From the NCBI GenBank assembly GCA_002291955.1, contig DBBA01000344.1, positions 2,109-48,246 of the forward strand: a stretch of 46,138 nucleotides of DNA, written 5' to 3'. Positions 1-9,825 of the stretch are shown here, one piece after another; the stretch's first letter is position 1; each line of letters opens with the position of its first letter. This stretch comes from Rhodobacteraceae bacterium UBA996 (GTDB lineage Bacteria; Pseudomonadota; Alphaproteobacteria; Rhodobacterales; Rhodobacteraceae). Both the position numbers and the translations under genes were made by a program. The notes beneath the pieces are model-generated. The model made no database searches and had not been told where the DNA came from. It worked only from the letters and a program-made list of their open reading frames with translations.

Positions 1-417
1 GTGATCTCGGCCATCCCGATGGATCAGGTCTGCGAGCCCTACATCCGCCGCCGGGCCGTGCGCCACCTCGAGAAGAAGCGGGTCTGCATCTTTGCCGCGG
101 GCACTGGCAACCCCTACTTCACCACCGACACGGCCGCGACGCTGCGCGCGAACGAGATGGCCTGCCAGGCGATCTTCAAGGGCACCAAGGTGGACGGCGT
201 CTACGACAAGGACCCCAAGAAGCACGCGGATGCCCGGCGCTACGACCGGGTGAGCTACGACGAGGTCCTGCAGAAGAACCTTGGGGTCATGGACGCCTCG
301 GCGATCGCGCTGGCGCGGGACAACAACCTGCCGATCATCGTGTTCTCGCTGGACGAACCCGGTGGCTTCCGGGGCATCCTTGCGGGGCAGGGGACCTATA
401 CAATCGTTCACGGCTAG
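1..417 (+). CDS. pyrH: UMP kinase, C-terminal part (5' end lies outside the window)
   Basis: The translation ([20 protein letters not shown]...[13 protein letters not shown]...[19 protein letters not shown]) is typical of PyrH. It sits just upstream of frr, as in the conserved pyrH-frr arrangement. Confidence 0.9.
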   Translation: MISAIPMDQVCEPYIRRRAVRHLEKKRVCIFAAGTGNPYFTTDTAATLRANEMACQAIFKGTKVDGVYDKDPKKHADARRYDRVSYDEVLQKNLGVMDASAIALARDNNLPIIVFSLDEPGGFRGILAGQGTYTIVHG

Positions 418-513
418 GACTATAGATCGCCCCGCCGCGGCCCGATTGTCGCCACAGACGACGGCGATCAGGGGGCACGGTTCGCGAAGAAGAAACCGCA
501 AGAGGCTAGACGC

Positions 514-1080
514 ATGGCCGACGACGATCTGGACATCGACATTGACGGGATTGCGCGCCGGATGGACGGGGCGATGGCTGCGCTGAAGAACGAATTTCTC
601 AGCCTGCGCACCGGCCGCGCGTCCGCGTCGATGCTGGAACCGGTCCAGGTGGACGCCTATGGCGCGATGACGCCGATCAACCAGCTTGGCACGGTGAACG
701 TTCCCGAACCGCGCATGATCACGCTGAACATCTGGGACAAGTCGCTGGTCAGCCGCGTGGAAAAGGCGCTGCGCGACAGTGGTCTGGGGATCAACCCGGT
801 GGTGGACGGCACGATCATCCGGCTGCCGATCCCAGAATTGAACGAGGAGCGGCGGCGCGAACTGACGCGGGTCGCCGCGCAGTATGCCGAAAGCGCGCGG
901 GTGGCGATCCGCAACGTACGCCGCGACGGCATGGACATGGTCAAGAAGGCCAAGGCGGCCGGCATGGGCGAGGATGACCAGAAGCTCTGGTCGGACGAGA
1001 TCCAGGCGCTGACCGACAAGCACATCGCCGCGGTGGACCGCGCGCTGGACGCGAAGCAGGCAGAAATCATGCAGGTCTGA
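514..1080 (+). CDS. frr: ribosome recycling factor
   Basis: 188-aa ORF with an ATG start. The sequence is Frr-like ([20 protein letters not shown]...[18 protein letters not shown]) and it follows pyrH. Confidence 0.95.
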   Translation: MADDDLDIDIDGIARRMDGAMAALKNEFLSLRTGRASASMLEPVQVDAYGAMTPINQLGTVNVPEPRMITLNIWDKSLVSRVEKALRDSGLGINPVVDGTIIRLPIPELNEERRRELTRVAAQYAESARVAIRNVRRDGMDMVKKAKAAGMGEDDQKLWSDEIQALTDKHIAAVDRALDAKQAEIMQV

Positions 1081-1109
1081 CAGACCTGCTGCAGGACAAG
1101 GGGCCGGAA

Positions 1110-1829
1110 ATGCCGAACGATGCGGGCCGCGGCCCGTCCCATGTGGCGGTCATCATGGACGGCAACGGCCGTTGGGCCCAGGCGCGCGGCAAGCCGCGGC
1201 TGTTTGGCCATCAGGCAGGCGCCCGCCGGGTGCGCGAGATCGTTGCGGCCTGCCCCGGAAACGGGGTCAAGTATCTGACGATCTTTGCCTTCTCGACCGA
1301 GAACTGGAAGCGCACCCAGGCCGAGGTGTCGGGCCTGATGTCGCTCTTCCGCCGCTACATCTTGCGCGAGACCGAGGCGCTGGTGCGCGACGGCGTGCGG
1401 GTGCGCTTCATCGGCGACCGGGTGCGGCTGGACCGCGCGCTGGTGCGGATGATGGATGAGCTGGAGCGGCTGACGGCCGGCAACGACCTGGTGCACCTGA
1501 CCATCGCCCTCAACTACGGTGGCCGGGACGAGGTCGCGCGCGCCACGCAGCGCCTGGCGCGCGAGGTGGCCGCCGGTCGGCTGGACCCCGAGACGGTGGA
1601 CGAGCAGACGCTGGCGCGGTTTCTCGACACCTGTGTGCTGCCCGATCCTGACCTGGTCATCCGGACCAGCGGCGAGGCGCGGATATCGAACTTCCTGCTC
1701 TGGCAGTCGGCCTATGCCGAATACGAATTCGTCGATACGCTCTGGCCCGACTTCACGGCCGACCGCTTTGCGGCCGTGCTTGCCAACTATGGTCGGCGCG
1801 AGCGGCGCTTCGGCGCCGTGCTTGGGTGA
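1110..1829 (+). CDS. uppS: di-trans,poly-cis-undecaprenyl-diphosphate synthase
   Basis: Carries the HVAVIMDGNGRWA motif and the C-terminal RISNFLLWQSAYAE motif of cis-prenyltransferases. Confidence 0.95.
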   Translation: MPNDAGRGPSHVAVIMDGNGRWAQARGKPRLFGHQAGARRVREIVAACPGNGVKYLTIFAFSTENWKRTQAEVSGLMSLFRRYILRETEALVRDGVRVRFIGDRVRLDRALVRMMDELERLTAGNDLVHLTIALNYGGRDEVARATQRLAREVAAGRLDPETVDEQTLARFLDTCVLPDPDLVIRTSGEARISNFLLWQSAYAEYEFVDTLWPDFTADRFAAVLANYGRRERRFGAVLG

Positions 1830-1867
1830 GGGCATCGGCAGGGCAGTCAACGGATGACGGAACCCCG

Positions 1868-2665
1868 ATGACCAGCCCTTCGCCCGGCAAGTGGATCGAT
1901 CTTCGCGCGCGGCTGGTCTCGGGCGCGGGGATGGTGGCACTTGGTGTCGCGCTCATGCTCGCGGGGGGGGCCTGGTTCGCGGGGCTGGCCGCGGTCGCGG
2001 CGGGCCTGATGGTCTGGGAGCTTGCGCGGATGTCGGCGCTGCCCGGAACGGCGCCCGCCGTGCCGGTCGGACTTGCCGGCGGGGCGGCCGTGGTTGCCGC
2101 GACGCTGTCGCCGCTCGCGGCGGGCGCGGCCATCGTGCTGGTGGCCAGTGGCATCCTGACGCTGGTCATGCCGGCCAGGCGTCCGTTGTTCGGGGCCTTT
2201 GCGCTGGCAATCCTTGTGGCCGCGTGGAGCCTGGTGGAATTCCGCGCCCTGTTCGGCACGGTCTGGCTGTTCTGGCTGGTCATCGTGGTCGTCGTGACCG
2301 ATGTCCTGGGCTACTTCGGCGGCCGGATGATCGGGGGGGCGAAGTTCTGGCCCTCGGTGAGCCCGAAGAAGACGTGGGCCGGGATCGTCGCGGGCTGGGC
2401 GGGCGCGGGCGCCGTGGGGGCCGTGTTCCTGACCTTCACGCGCGCGGGCGGCGACCTGATCTGGATCTCGATGCTGACAGCCTTTGCAAGCCAGCTGGGC
2501 GACATCGCCGAAAGTGCCCTGAAGCGGCACGTCGGCGTCAAGGATTCCTCGTCGCTGATCCCGGGCCATGGTGGCCTGATGGACCGGTTCGACGGTCTGA
2601 TCGGGGCCACGCTGTTCATGATGCTGACGGCCTTGATCGTGGACGTCCCCGAGGTCAAGTTCTGA
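1868..2665 (+). CDS. cdsA: phosphatidate cytidylyltransferase
   Basis: Multi-TM protein with the CdsA signature SALKRHVGVKDSSSLIPGHGGLMDRFD. The start is uncertain: ATG at 1868, or GTG at 1826 overlapping the uppS stop. Confidence 0.85.
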   Translation: MTSPSPGKWIDLRARLVSGAGMVALGVALMLAGGAWFAGLAAVAAGLMVWELARMSALPGTAPAVPVGLAGGAAVVAATLSPLAAGAAIVLVASGILTLVMPARRPLFGAFALAILVAAWSLVEFRALFGTVWLFWLVIVVVVTDVLGYFGGRMIGGAKFWPSVSPKKTWAGIVAGWAGAGAVGAVFLTFTRAGGDLIWISMLTAFASQLGDIAESALKRHVGVKDSSSLIPGHGGLMDRFDGLIGATLFMMLTALIVDVPEVKF

Positions 2666-2668
2666 CCC

Positions 2669-3847
2669 ATGCGGCGCGTGTCGATCTTTGGGGCCACAGG
2701 GTCCATCGGGCAGTCCACCATCGACCTGATCGCGCGTGCGCCCGACCGGTTCGCCGTGGTGGCGCTGACCGGCGGGCAGAACGTGGCACAACTGGCGGTG
2801 GACGCCCGCCGCCTGCGGGCCGAGGTCGCGGTGACGGCGGACCCGGCGCGGCTGCCCGAGTTGCGCGAGAGGCTGGCGGGGTCGGGCGTGCAGGCGGCCG
2901 CGGGGGCGGACGCGATCCTCGAGGCCGCGCATCGCCCGGCCGACTGGGTGATGTCGGCCATCGTCGGTGCGGCGGGCCTGGCCCCGGGGCTGGCGGCGCT
3001 GGAACAGGGCGCGACACTGGCGCTTGCGAACAAGGAAAGCATGGTCTGCGCGGGGCCCCTCGTCATGGCCACCGCCGCGCGGCACGGCGCGACGATCCTG
3101 CCGGTGGACAGCGAACATTCCGCCGTGTTCCAGGCGATGGCGGGCGAGGACCGGGCAGCGGTCGAGCGGGTGATCCTGACGGCCTCGGGGGGGGCGTTCC
3201 GCGACTGGCCGGTCGAGCGTCTGGCGACCGCCACGCCGGCGCAGGCCTCCACCCACCCGAACTGGGCGATGGGCCAGCGCATCACCATCGACAGTGCGAG
3301 CCTGTTCAACAAGGCGCTGGAACTGATTGAAGCGAAGGAATTCTTCGCCCTGTCCCCGGATCAGGTCCAGGTCCTGATCCACCCGGAATCGCTGGTCCAT
3401 GCGCTGGTCGGCTTCCGCGACGGGGCGCTGATGGCGCACATGGGCGTGCCCGACATGCGCCACGCCATCGGCTATGCGCTGAACTGGCCCGACCGGCGCG
3501 ATCTGCCCGTCGGGCAGCTGGACCTGGCGGCCGCGGGTCGCCTGACCTTCCGTCCGCCGGACGAGGCGCGCCACCCGGCGCTGCGTCTGGCGCGCGAGGT
3601 GATGGCCGCGGGCGGACTGACGGGTGCTGCCTTCATAGCCGCCAAGGACCGGGCGCTGGATGCGTTCCTGGCGGGGCGGATCGGCTTCACCGACATGGCC
3701 GTGGTCGTCGAGGACACGCTTGCGGCCCTTTCGCCGCACCGCCTTGAGGCTGCCACGATCACCCTTGAAGCGGTCCGTCAGGCGGACCATCTGGCGTCCG
3801 AGCATGCCGGACAGGCCATCGCGCGCCGCCGCGCCATGGCGGACTGA
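2669..3847 (+). CDS. dxr: 1-deoxy-D-xylulose 5-phosphate reductoisomerase
   Basis: Has the N-terminal GATGSIG NADPH-binding motif, plus LANKESMV and DSEHSA motifs. 392 aa. Confidence 0.95.
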   Translation: MRRVSIFGATGSIGQSTIDLIARAPDRFAVVALTGGQNVAQLAVDARRLRAEVAVTADPARLPELRERLAGSGVQAAAGADAILEAAHRPADWVMSAIVGAAGLAPGLAALEQGATLALANKESMVCAGPLVMATAARHGATILPVDSEHSAVFQAMAGEDRAAVERVILTASGGAFRDWPVERLATATPAQASTHPNWAMGQRITIDSASLFNKALELIEAKEFFALSPDQVQVLIHPESLVHALVGFRDGALMAHMGVPDMRHAIGYALNWPDRRDLPVGQLDLAAAGRLTFRPPDEARHPALRLAREVMAAGGLTGAAFIAAKDRALDAFLAGRIGFTDMAVVVEDTLAALSPHRLEAATITLEAVRQADHLASEHAGQAIARRRAMAD

Positions 3848-3856
3848 CAGGGAAGC

Positions 3857-5206
3857 GTGGACGCAGTGGATCTGATCGGGCTCATCCCGCAGTTCGGGAA
3901 CCTTCTCTACACCGTCGCGGCCTTTGTCGTCGCGCTGTCGGTCATCGTCGCGGTGCACGAGTATGGCCACTACATCGTCGGCCGCTGGTGTGGCATCCAT
4001 GCCGAGGTATTCAGCCTTGGCTTCGGGCCGGTGCTGGCCAGCCGTGTGGACCGTCGCGGCACGCGCTGGCAGATCGCGGCGCTGCCGTTCGGGGGCTACG
4101 TCAAGTTTTTGGGCGATGCGTCGGCGGTGTCGGACAAGGCCGATGCCGAGACGTTCGGGAAACTGTCCGACGCCGACCGTCGCCGGACGATGCACGGCGC
4201 GCCCCTGTGGGCGCGGGCGGCAACGGTGGCGGCGGGGCCGGTGTTCAACTTCATCCTGTCCCTGATCGTGTTCGGGGCGGTCATCCTGTGGCGCGGCGTG
4301 GCGGCGGAACCGTTGACCATCGCGTCGGTCGCGGACCTGCCCGCCGAGGTGCAGGAACTGCGGGCCGGTGACACGGTGGTCGGGCTTGCCGACCGGCCCG
4401 TGGGGACGCTCGAGGAACTCTACGCCGCGGCCGAGGCTCTGCCGCCCGCGGCATCGCTGGACTGGACCGTGGTCCGCGACGGGCAGGAGCTGGTCGTCCA
4501 TGCGCCCTGGCCGACGCCGCCGCTGGTGGGGGGGGTCAATCCCGATTCGGCGGCAGCCGACGCGGGCGTGCAGGAGGGCGACGCGATCCTGGCCGTGGAT
4601 GGCCAGCCTGTCGGCAGCTTCAACATGTTGCGCGATGTGGTGGGCCAGTCCGACGGGCAGCCCCTGACGCTGACCGTCTGGCGCTCAGGCCAGACGCTGG
4701 ACCTGCAGATGACACCGCGTCGTGTCGATCTTCCGCTCGAGGACGGCGGGTTCGAGACGCGCTGGCTGATCGGGGTGACCGGCGGACTGCTGTTCGAGCC
4801 CGTCTCGGTGACGCCCGGCCTCGGGACCGCCGTGACCATGGCGGGCGAGCAGATCGCGATGATCGTGCGCTCGTCGATCTCTGGGCTGTATCACATGGCG
4901 GTCGGGGCGATCTCGACCTGCAACATGTCGGGTCCCATCGGCATCGCGGAAACCTCGGGTTCGGCTGCGGCGCAAGGCTGGATGGCCTTCATCTGGTTCA
5001 TCGCCGTCCTGTCCACCGCCGTCGGCCTTCTGAACCTGTTCCCGATCCCGATTCTCGACGGCGGGCACCTTGTCTTCCACGCGTGGGAGGCCGTGACGGG
5101 CAAGCCGCCCTCGGATCGTGCGCTGAACGTGCTGATGACCGTGGGTCTGGCATTGATCGGGACGCTGATGGTCTTTGCGCTGGGCAACGACATTCTTTGC
5201 CCCTGA
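3857..5206 (+). CDS. rseP: RIP site-2 zinc metalloprotease RseP
   Basis: HEYGHY (HExxH) lies in the first TM segment, PDZ-like regions sit in the middle, and the C-terminal LNLFPIPILDGGH motif is present. GTG start preceded by AGGGAAG. Confidence 0.9.
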   Translation: MDAVDLIGLIPQFGNLLYTVAAFVVALSVIVAVHEYGHYIVGRWCGIHAEVFSLGFGPVLASRVDRRGTRWQIAALPFGGYVKFLGDASAVSDKADAETFGKLSDADRRRTMHGAPLWARAATVAAGPVFNFILSLIVFGAVILWRGVAAEPLTIASVADLPAEVQELRAGDTVVGLADRPVGTLEELYAAAEALPPAASLDWTVVRDGQELVVHAPWPTPPLVGGVNPDSAAADAGVQEGDAILAVDGQPVGSFNMLRDVVGQSDGQPLTLTVWRSGQTLDLQMTPRRVDLPLEDGGFETRWLIGVTGGLLFEPVSVTPGLGTAVTMAGEQIAMIVRSSISGLYHMAVGAISTCNMSGPIGIAETSGSAAAQGWMAFIWFIAVLSTAVGLLNLFPIPILDGGHLVFHAWEAVTGKPPSDRALNVLMTVGLALIGTLMVFALGNDILCP

Positions 5207-5323
5207 CGGCGGGTCGGACCGACGCCTGTCCCACGTTTACCATTCTGCAACGTTCGCCTGTGCTTGCCCCAAAGCTGCCACATTGAGTGGCTATTTCGGA
5301 CGGGTGTTTCAGGAGGCACAGGC

Positions 5324-5449
5324 ATGAGCACGCTGCAGCAAGGCTACCGGGGCGTGACCCTGATCCTGACCCTTAACTGGGACCGCATCCAGTCCGCGGC
5401 GTTCCTTGTGGGCGCCCTGCTGTTCGGCACCTGGCTCGGGTCGCTCTGA
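5324..5449 (+). CDS. small hypothetical membrane protein (41 aa)
   Basis: A canonical AGGAGG lies 6 nt upstream of the ATG. Nearly all third codon positions are G/C. The C-terminal half is hydrophobic (AAFLVGALLFGTWLGSL). It sits in the otherwise unassigned 324-bp rseP-bamA spacer. Confidence 0.5.
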   Translation: MSTLQQGYRGVTLILTLNWDRIQSAAFLVGALLFGTWLGSL

Positions 5450-5545
5450 CGTCCACGTGTGGCGGGCCGGTTTGGCCTGTCTGCCTTTGACAACCCCATC
5501 CGCGGCCGGTAATCCCGGACAAAACACAAGTTGCGGTGGGGACGG

Positions 5546-7867
5546 ATGGCTGGCACGCAAGACGCCCGTGGCGGAAACGGACGCACCCTGACGCGTCTGC
5601 TCAGGTCAGCTGCACTCGTTGGTCTTCTGGCGTCGGCACCGGGCATGGCTGTCGCACAGGACTTCTCGTTCTCGACAGTGCGCGTCGAGGGCACCCAGCG
5701 CATCGAGCCCGGCACCGTAGCCTCGCTGGCGGCCATCGAACGGGGCCAGGCCCTGACCGCAGGCGAGGTCAACGCGGCGCTCCAGCGCGTCCAGAACTCG
5801 GGCCTGTTCGAAACGGTCGAATTCATTCCGCAGGGAGGCACCCTGCTGATCCGCGTGGTCGAATACCCCACGATCAACCGCATCAACATCGAGGGCAACC
5901 GGCGGCTCGACGACGACCGTCTGCTGCCCGTCCTGCAGTCGCAGTCGCGGCGGGTCTACAGCCCTGCCACGGCCGAGGCCGATGCGCGCCGTCTGGCCGA
6001 GGTCTATGGCGCGGGCGGGCGGCTGGCGGCGACCGTGACGCCGCGGATCATCCGCCAGCCCGACAACCGCGTGGACCTGGTGTTCGAAGTGACCGAGGGG
6101 CGTGTCGTCGAGAACGAGCGTATCGCGTTCGTCGGCAACCAGGCCTTTTCGGACCGCCGCCTGCGCGGCGTCATCGACACCAAGCAAGCCGGTTTCCTGC
6201 GCCAGCTGATCCAGCGCGACACGCTGGTGCCGGAACGCCTGGCCTTCGACCGCCAGCTTCTGACCGACTTCTACCGGTCGCGCGGTTACGTCGATTTCGA
6301 GGTGGTGGACATCACGTCCGAGGTCACCCGGGAACGCGACGGCAACATCCTGACCGTCCAGGTGCGCGAGGGGCAGCAGTACCGGTTCGGCACCGTGACG
6401 GCGGCATCCGAAGTGCCGGGACTGGACGCGGCACCGTTCGGACGGTCCATCCGCGCCCGCACCGGCCGCACCTACACGCCGGAAGCCCTGGACGAGACCA
6501 TCGCCCGGATGGAGACCGAGGCCAGTCGCCAGGGGTTCGACTTTGTCCGCGTGGACCCCCGCATCACGCGCAATCCTGCCGATGGCACCATCGACGTGGC
6601 CTTCACGCTGGTTCGTGGCCAGCGCGTGTTCGTCGAACGCATCGACATTTCGGGCAACCAGACCACCCTCGACCGGGTTGTGCGGCGCCAGTTCACCAGC
6701 GTGGAAGGCGATCCGTTCAATCCGCGCGAGATCCGCGAAAGCGCGGCCCGTATCCGGGCGCTGGGGTTCTTCTCGAATGCCCAGGTCGATTCGCGCCCCG
6801 GGTCGTCCCCCGACCAGGTGATCGTGGACGTGAACCTCGAGGAACAGCCCACGGGTGCGTTCTCGTTCGGCGTCAGCTTCGCGCGCCAGTCCGGCGCGGC
6901 CTTTGCCGTGAGCTTCTCGGAACGCAACTTCCTCGGGCGCGGTCAGACCCTGCGCCTCGACGTGACGACGGGCGTGGACAACGCCGAAGCCTCGGTGACG
7001 TTCGTCGAACCCTCGCTCCTGGGTCGCGACCTGGAGTTCCGGTTCGACGGGTCCTACCGCGAGACGACCGACTCGGAGTTCGTGCCCTACGACACGTCGC
7101 GCATCAACATCGAGCCGTCGCTGGCCTTTCCGGTCGGCGAGAACAGCCGTCTCTCCCTCAGCGCCTTTGTCCGCAGCGATTCGATCAAGGGGATCGAACC
7201 CGATGCCTCGGCCATCATCGCGGCCGACGAGGGCGATGTCCTGACGTTCGGCCTTGGCTACACCTACACCTTCGATACGCGGCGCTCGGGCTTCGACCCC
7301 AATTCCGGCGTGCTCGTCCGCTTCGGGCAACAATTCGCGGCAGGCGACACGTCCTATGTCCGCACGTCCGCCCTGGCCTCGGCCGAGACCCGCGTGCTGG
7401 GCGACGAGGTGACCCTGCGCGCGACGCTGGAAGGGGGCGCCGTGAACATGCTCGACGGGGACAGCCGGATCACGGACCGTTTCTTCCCCTCCTCCAGCAC
7501 CTTCCGCGGCTTCGATCGCCGCGGCGTCGGTCCGCGCGACCTGGCCACGGGCGATGCGCTGGGCGGCAACTACTTTGCCGTCGCGCGGCTTGAGGCGGAC
7601 TTTCCGCTGGGGATCCCCGAGGAATACGGCATCTCGGGCGGGGTGTTCTATGATATCGGCAGCGTCTGGGGGCTGGACAACACCGATGGGGGCATTGCCG
7701 GTGGCAGCCCGGTGGATGACAGCCTGCTGACCCGGCAGGTGGTCGGGGTGTCGCTGTTCTGGACAACCCCGCTCGGCCCCTTGCGCTTCAACTTCACCCG
7801 GGCGCTGGAACTGGAAGACTACGACAACGAACAGACTTTCGACTTCACGATCTCGACGCGGTTCTGA
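5546..7867 (+). CDS. bamA: outer membrane protein assembly factor BamA
   Basis: Signal peptide (LLASAPGMAVAQ), POTRA-like repeats (VEGTQRIE, INIEGN, ISGNQTT) and a C-terminal beta-barrel ending in F. The start was taken at the ATG at 5546; the ORF track begins at a TTG at 5531. Confidence 0.9.
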   Translation: MAGTQDARGGNGRTLTRLLRSAALVGLLASAPGMAVAQDFSFSTVRVEGTQRIEPGTVASLAAIERGQALTAGEVNAALQRVQNSGLFETVEFIPQGGTLLIRVVEYPTINRINIEGNRRLDDDRLLPVLQSQSRRVYSPATAEADARRLAEVYGAGGRLAATVTPRIIRQPDNRVDLVFEVTEGRVVENERIAFVGNQAFSDRRLRGVIDTKQAGFLRQLIQRDTLVPERLAFDRQLLTDFYRSRGYVDFEVVDITSEVTRERDGNILTVQVREGQQYRFGTVTAASEVPGLDAAPFGRSIRARTGRTYTPEALDETIARMETEASRQGFDFVRVDPRITRNPADGTIDVAFTLVRGQRVFVERIDISGNQTTLDRVVRRQFTSVEGDPFNPREIRESAARIRALGFFSNAQVDSRPGSSPDQVIVDVNLEEQPTGAFSFGVSFARQSGAAFAVSFSERNFLGRGQTLRLDVTTGVDNAEASVTFVEPSLLGRDLEFRFDGSYRETTDSEFVPYDTSRINIEPSLAFPVGENSRLSLSAFVRSDSIKGIEPDASAIIAADEGDVLTFGLGYTYTFDTRRSGFDPNSGVLVRFGQQFAAGDTSYVRTSALASAETRVLGDEVTLRATLEGGAVNMLDGDSRITDRFFPSSSTFRGFDRRGVGPRDLATGDALGGNYFAVARLEADFPLGIPEEYGISGGVFYDIGSVWGLDNTDGGIAGGSPVDDSLLTRQVVGVSLFWTTPLGPLRFNFTRALELEDYDNEQTFDFTISTRF

Positions 7868-7871
7868 GGTC

Positions 7872-8468
7872 ATGCGGACCATTGCGCTGGCTGTCGGCAT
7901 CGTGCTGTCGGCCGGTGCAGTCACGGCGCAGGACACACCCGCGTTCGAAACGTTCGAGGTCCCCTCGCCCATCCTGACGATCGACCAGGACCGCGTCTAT
8001 GCGGCCTCGGCCTTTGGCCGTCGCGTTGCGCGCGATATCGAAGTGCGCGCGGCGGACCTGGCGGCCCAGAACCGCCGGATCGAGGCCGAACTGGAAGCCG
8101 AGGAGCGCGCCCTGACCGAAGCCCGTGCCACCCTGCCGTCCGAGGAGTTCCGAGCCCGTGCGGATGCCTTCGACACGCGCGTGGTCGCGATCCGGGCCGA
8201 ACAGGACGCCAAGGCCCGCGCGCTGGGCACCTTGCGCGACACGGCGCGCGAGGCGTTCTGGCGCGACAGTCTGCCGGCGCTCAGCCAGATCCTGACCGAG
8301 CGTGGTGCGGTGGCGATCCTGGATCGGCGGGTCGTGTTCCTGGCAGCCAATGCGATCGACATCACGGATGATGCCGTCGCGCGGATCGACGGCGTGCTGG
8401 GCGAAGGGCCCGGGCTCGACGCCCTGGCCCCGCGGGGCACCGGCGCCGATGACGGAGGCACGCCCTAG
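7872..8468 (+). CDS. OmpH/Skp family periplasmic chaperone
   Basis: Signal peptide followed by a coiled-coil-rich sequence, located immediately after bamA as in the conserved bamA-skp arrangement. Confidence 0.8.
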   Translation: MRTIALAVGIVLSAGAVTAQDTPAFETFEVPSPILTIDQDRVYAASAFGRRVARDIEVRAADLAAQNRRIEAELEAEERALTEARATLPSEEFRARADAFDTRVVAIRAEQDAKARALGTLRDTAREAFWRDSLPALSQILTERGAVAILDRRVVFLAANAIDITDDAVARIDGVLGEGPGLDALAPRGTGADDGGTP

Positions 8469-8560
8469 TCACACCGGGCGGGCGCGCGCTTGTGGTGCGA
8501 CGCCCGCGTTGCTAGGGAGCGCCCGACACGGGCCATGTGGGACGAGCCAGGGGTGACGCG

Positions 8561-9022
8561 ATGACCGAGCTGCAGACCGCCGACATCGACCTGATCCAGC
8601 GCATCATCCCGCACCGCTATCCGTTCCTGATGGTGGACCGGGTCGTGGACATCGTTCCGGGGACATCCGCGACCGGCATCAAGAACGTCACCTTCAACGA
8701 GCCGCATTTCCAGGGGCACTTCCCGGGCATGCCGGTGATGCCCGGAGTGCTGATCGTCGAAGCGATGGCCCAGACCGCGGCCGTGATGGTTGGCGTCAGC
8801 CAGGGCCTGGCCGACAAGGGGATGGGTGTGTTCTTCATGGGCCTCGATGCCGTGAAGTTCCGCCGCAAGGTGGCGCCCGGCGACGTGCTGCACCTGAAGG
8901 TCACGACGCTGCGCGGCGGCGGCAAGGTCTGGCGGTTCGCCGGGAAGGCCGAAGTCGACGGGCAACTGGCAGCCGAGGCCGAGTTCACCGCGATGATGGA
9001 CAAACCCAAGGGCGCGGCATGA
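8561..9022 (+). CDS. fabZ: 3-hydroxyacyl-ACP dehydratase FabZ
   Basis: Contains [13 protein letters not shown] and [16 protein letters not shown] motifs. ATG at 8561 is preceded by AGGGGTGA; the ORF track starts at GTG 8537. Confidence 0.93.
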   Translation: MTELQTADIDLIQRIIPHRYPFLMVDRVVDIVPGTSATGIKNVTFNEPHFQGHFPGMPVMPGVLIVEAMAQTAAVMVGVSQGLADKGMGVFFMGLDAVKFRRKVAPGDVLHLKVTTLRGGGKVWRFAGKAEVDGQLAAEAEFTAMMDKPKGAA

Positions 9023-9825
9023 GCGTGCATCCCACGGCCCGTGTTCATCCGCTTGCGGCGGTGGACCCCGCGGCGACGGTCGGCGAGGGTTGCGAGATCG
9101 GTCCCTTTGCCGTGATCGGACCCGAGGTGACCCTGGGTGCGCGCGTCACGGTCAAGTCGCACGCTGTCGTCACCGGCTGGACCGATGTGGGCGACGACTG
9201 CACCGTCTTTCCGTTCGCCGTGCTGGGCGAGGTTCCGCAGGACCTGAAGTTCAGGGGCGAGCGCACCCGGCTGACGATCGGCGCCCGCACCCGCATCCGC
9301 GAGCACGCGACGCTCAACACTGGCACCGAGGGCGGGGGGGGGCTGACATCGGTCGGCGAGGATTGCCTGATCATGGCGGGCGCCCATTTGGCCCATGACT
9401 GCCGGGTGGGCAACCGGGTGATCCTGGTGAACAACTCGGCGCTTGCCGGCCATTGCGTGGTCGAGGATGACGTGATCCTTGGCGGTCTGTCCGGTGTGCA
9501 CCAGTGGGTCCGCATCGGCCGCGGCGCGATCATCGGGGCCGTCACCATGGTGACGAACGATGTCATCCCCTATGGCCTGGTGCAGGCGCCAAGGGGGCAG
9601 CTCGACGGGCTGAACCTGGTGGGGCTGAAGCGCCGCGGTGTGCCCCGGGCGGACATCACTGCGCTACGGGCCGCCTACCAGATGCTGGCGCAAGGCGATG
9701 GCGCGTTCCTTGACCGGGCGCGGCGCCTGGGCGAGGAGACCGACAGTCCTTACGTGCGCGAGATCGTGGATTTCGTGCTGGGCGCGTCGGACCGGTCGTT
9801 CCTGACACCGCATCAGGGGGGCTGA
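9019..9825 (+). CDS. lpxA: acyl-ACP--UDP-N-acetylglucosamine O-acyltransferase
   Basis: Left-handed beta-helix hexapeptide repeats throughout. ATGA overlap with the fabZ stop. Position is the conserved fabZ-lpxA one. Confidence 0.93.
   Translation: MSVHPTARVHPLAAVDPAATVGEGCEIGPFAVIGPEVTLGARVTVKSHAVVTGWTDVGDDCTVFPFAVLGEVPQDLKFRGERTRLTIGARTRIREHATLNTGTEGGGGLTSVGEDCLIMAGAHLAHDCRVGNRVILVNNSALAGHCVVEDDVILGGLSGVHQWVRIGRGAIIGAVTMVTNDVIPYGLVQAPRGQLDGLNLVGLKRRGVPRADITALRAAYQMLAQGDGAFLDRARRLGEETDSPYVREIVDFVLGASDRSFLTPHQGG

Noticed and set aside
1847-4501. Very long antisense ORFs: 884 aa here, and also 5606-7972 (788 aa), 15852-18554 (900 aa), 21107-23800 (897 aa), 25650-28190 (846 aa) and 39730-42177 (815 aa).
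   Set aside because: Their products are Arg/Pro/Gly/His-rich and low in complexity. They lie exactly antisense to genes with clear family signatures. In high-GC genomes stop codons are depleted in the frame opposite GC3-rich codons, so these are shadow ORFs and not overlapping genes.
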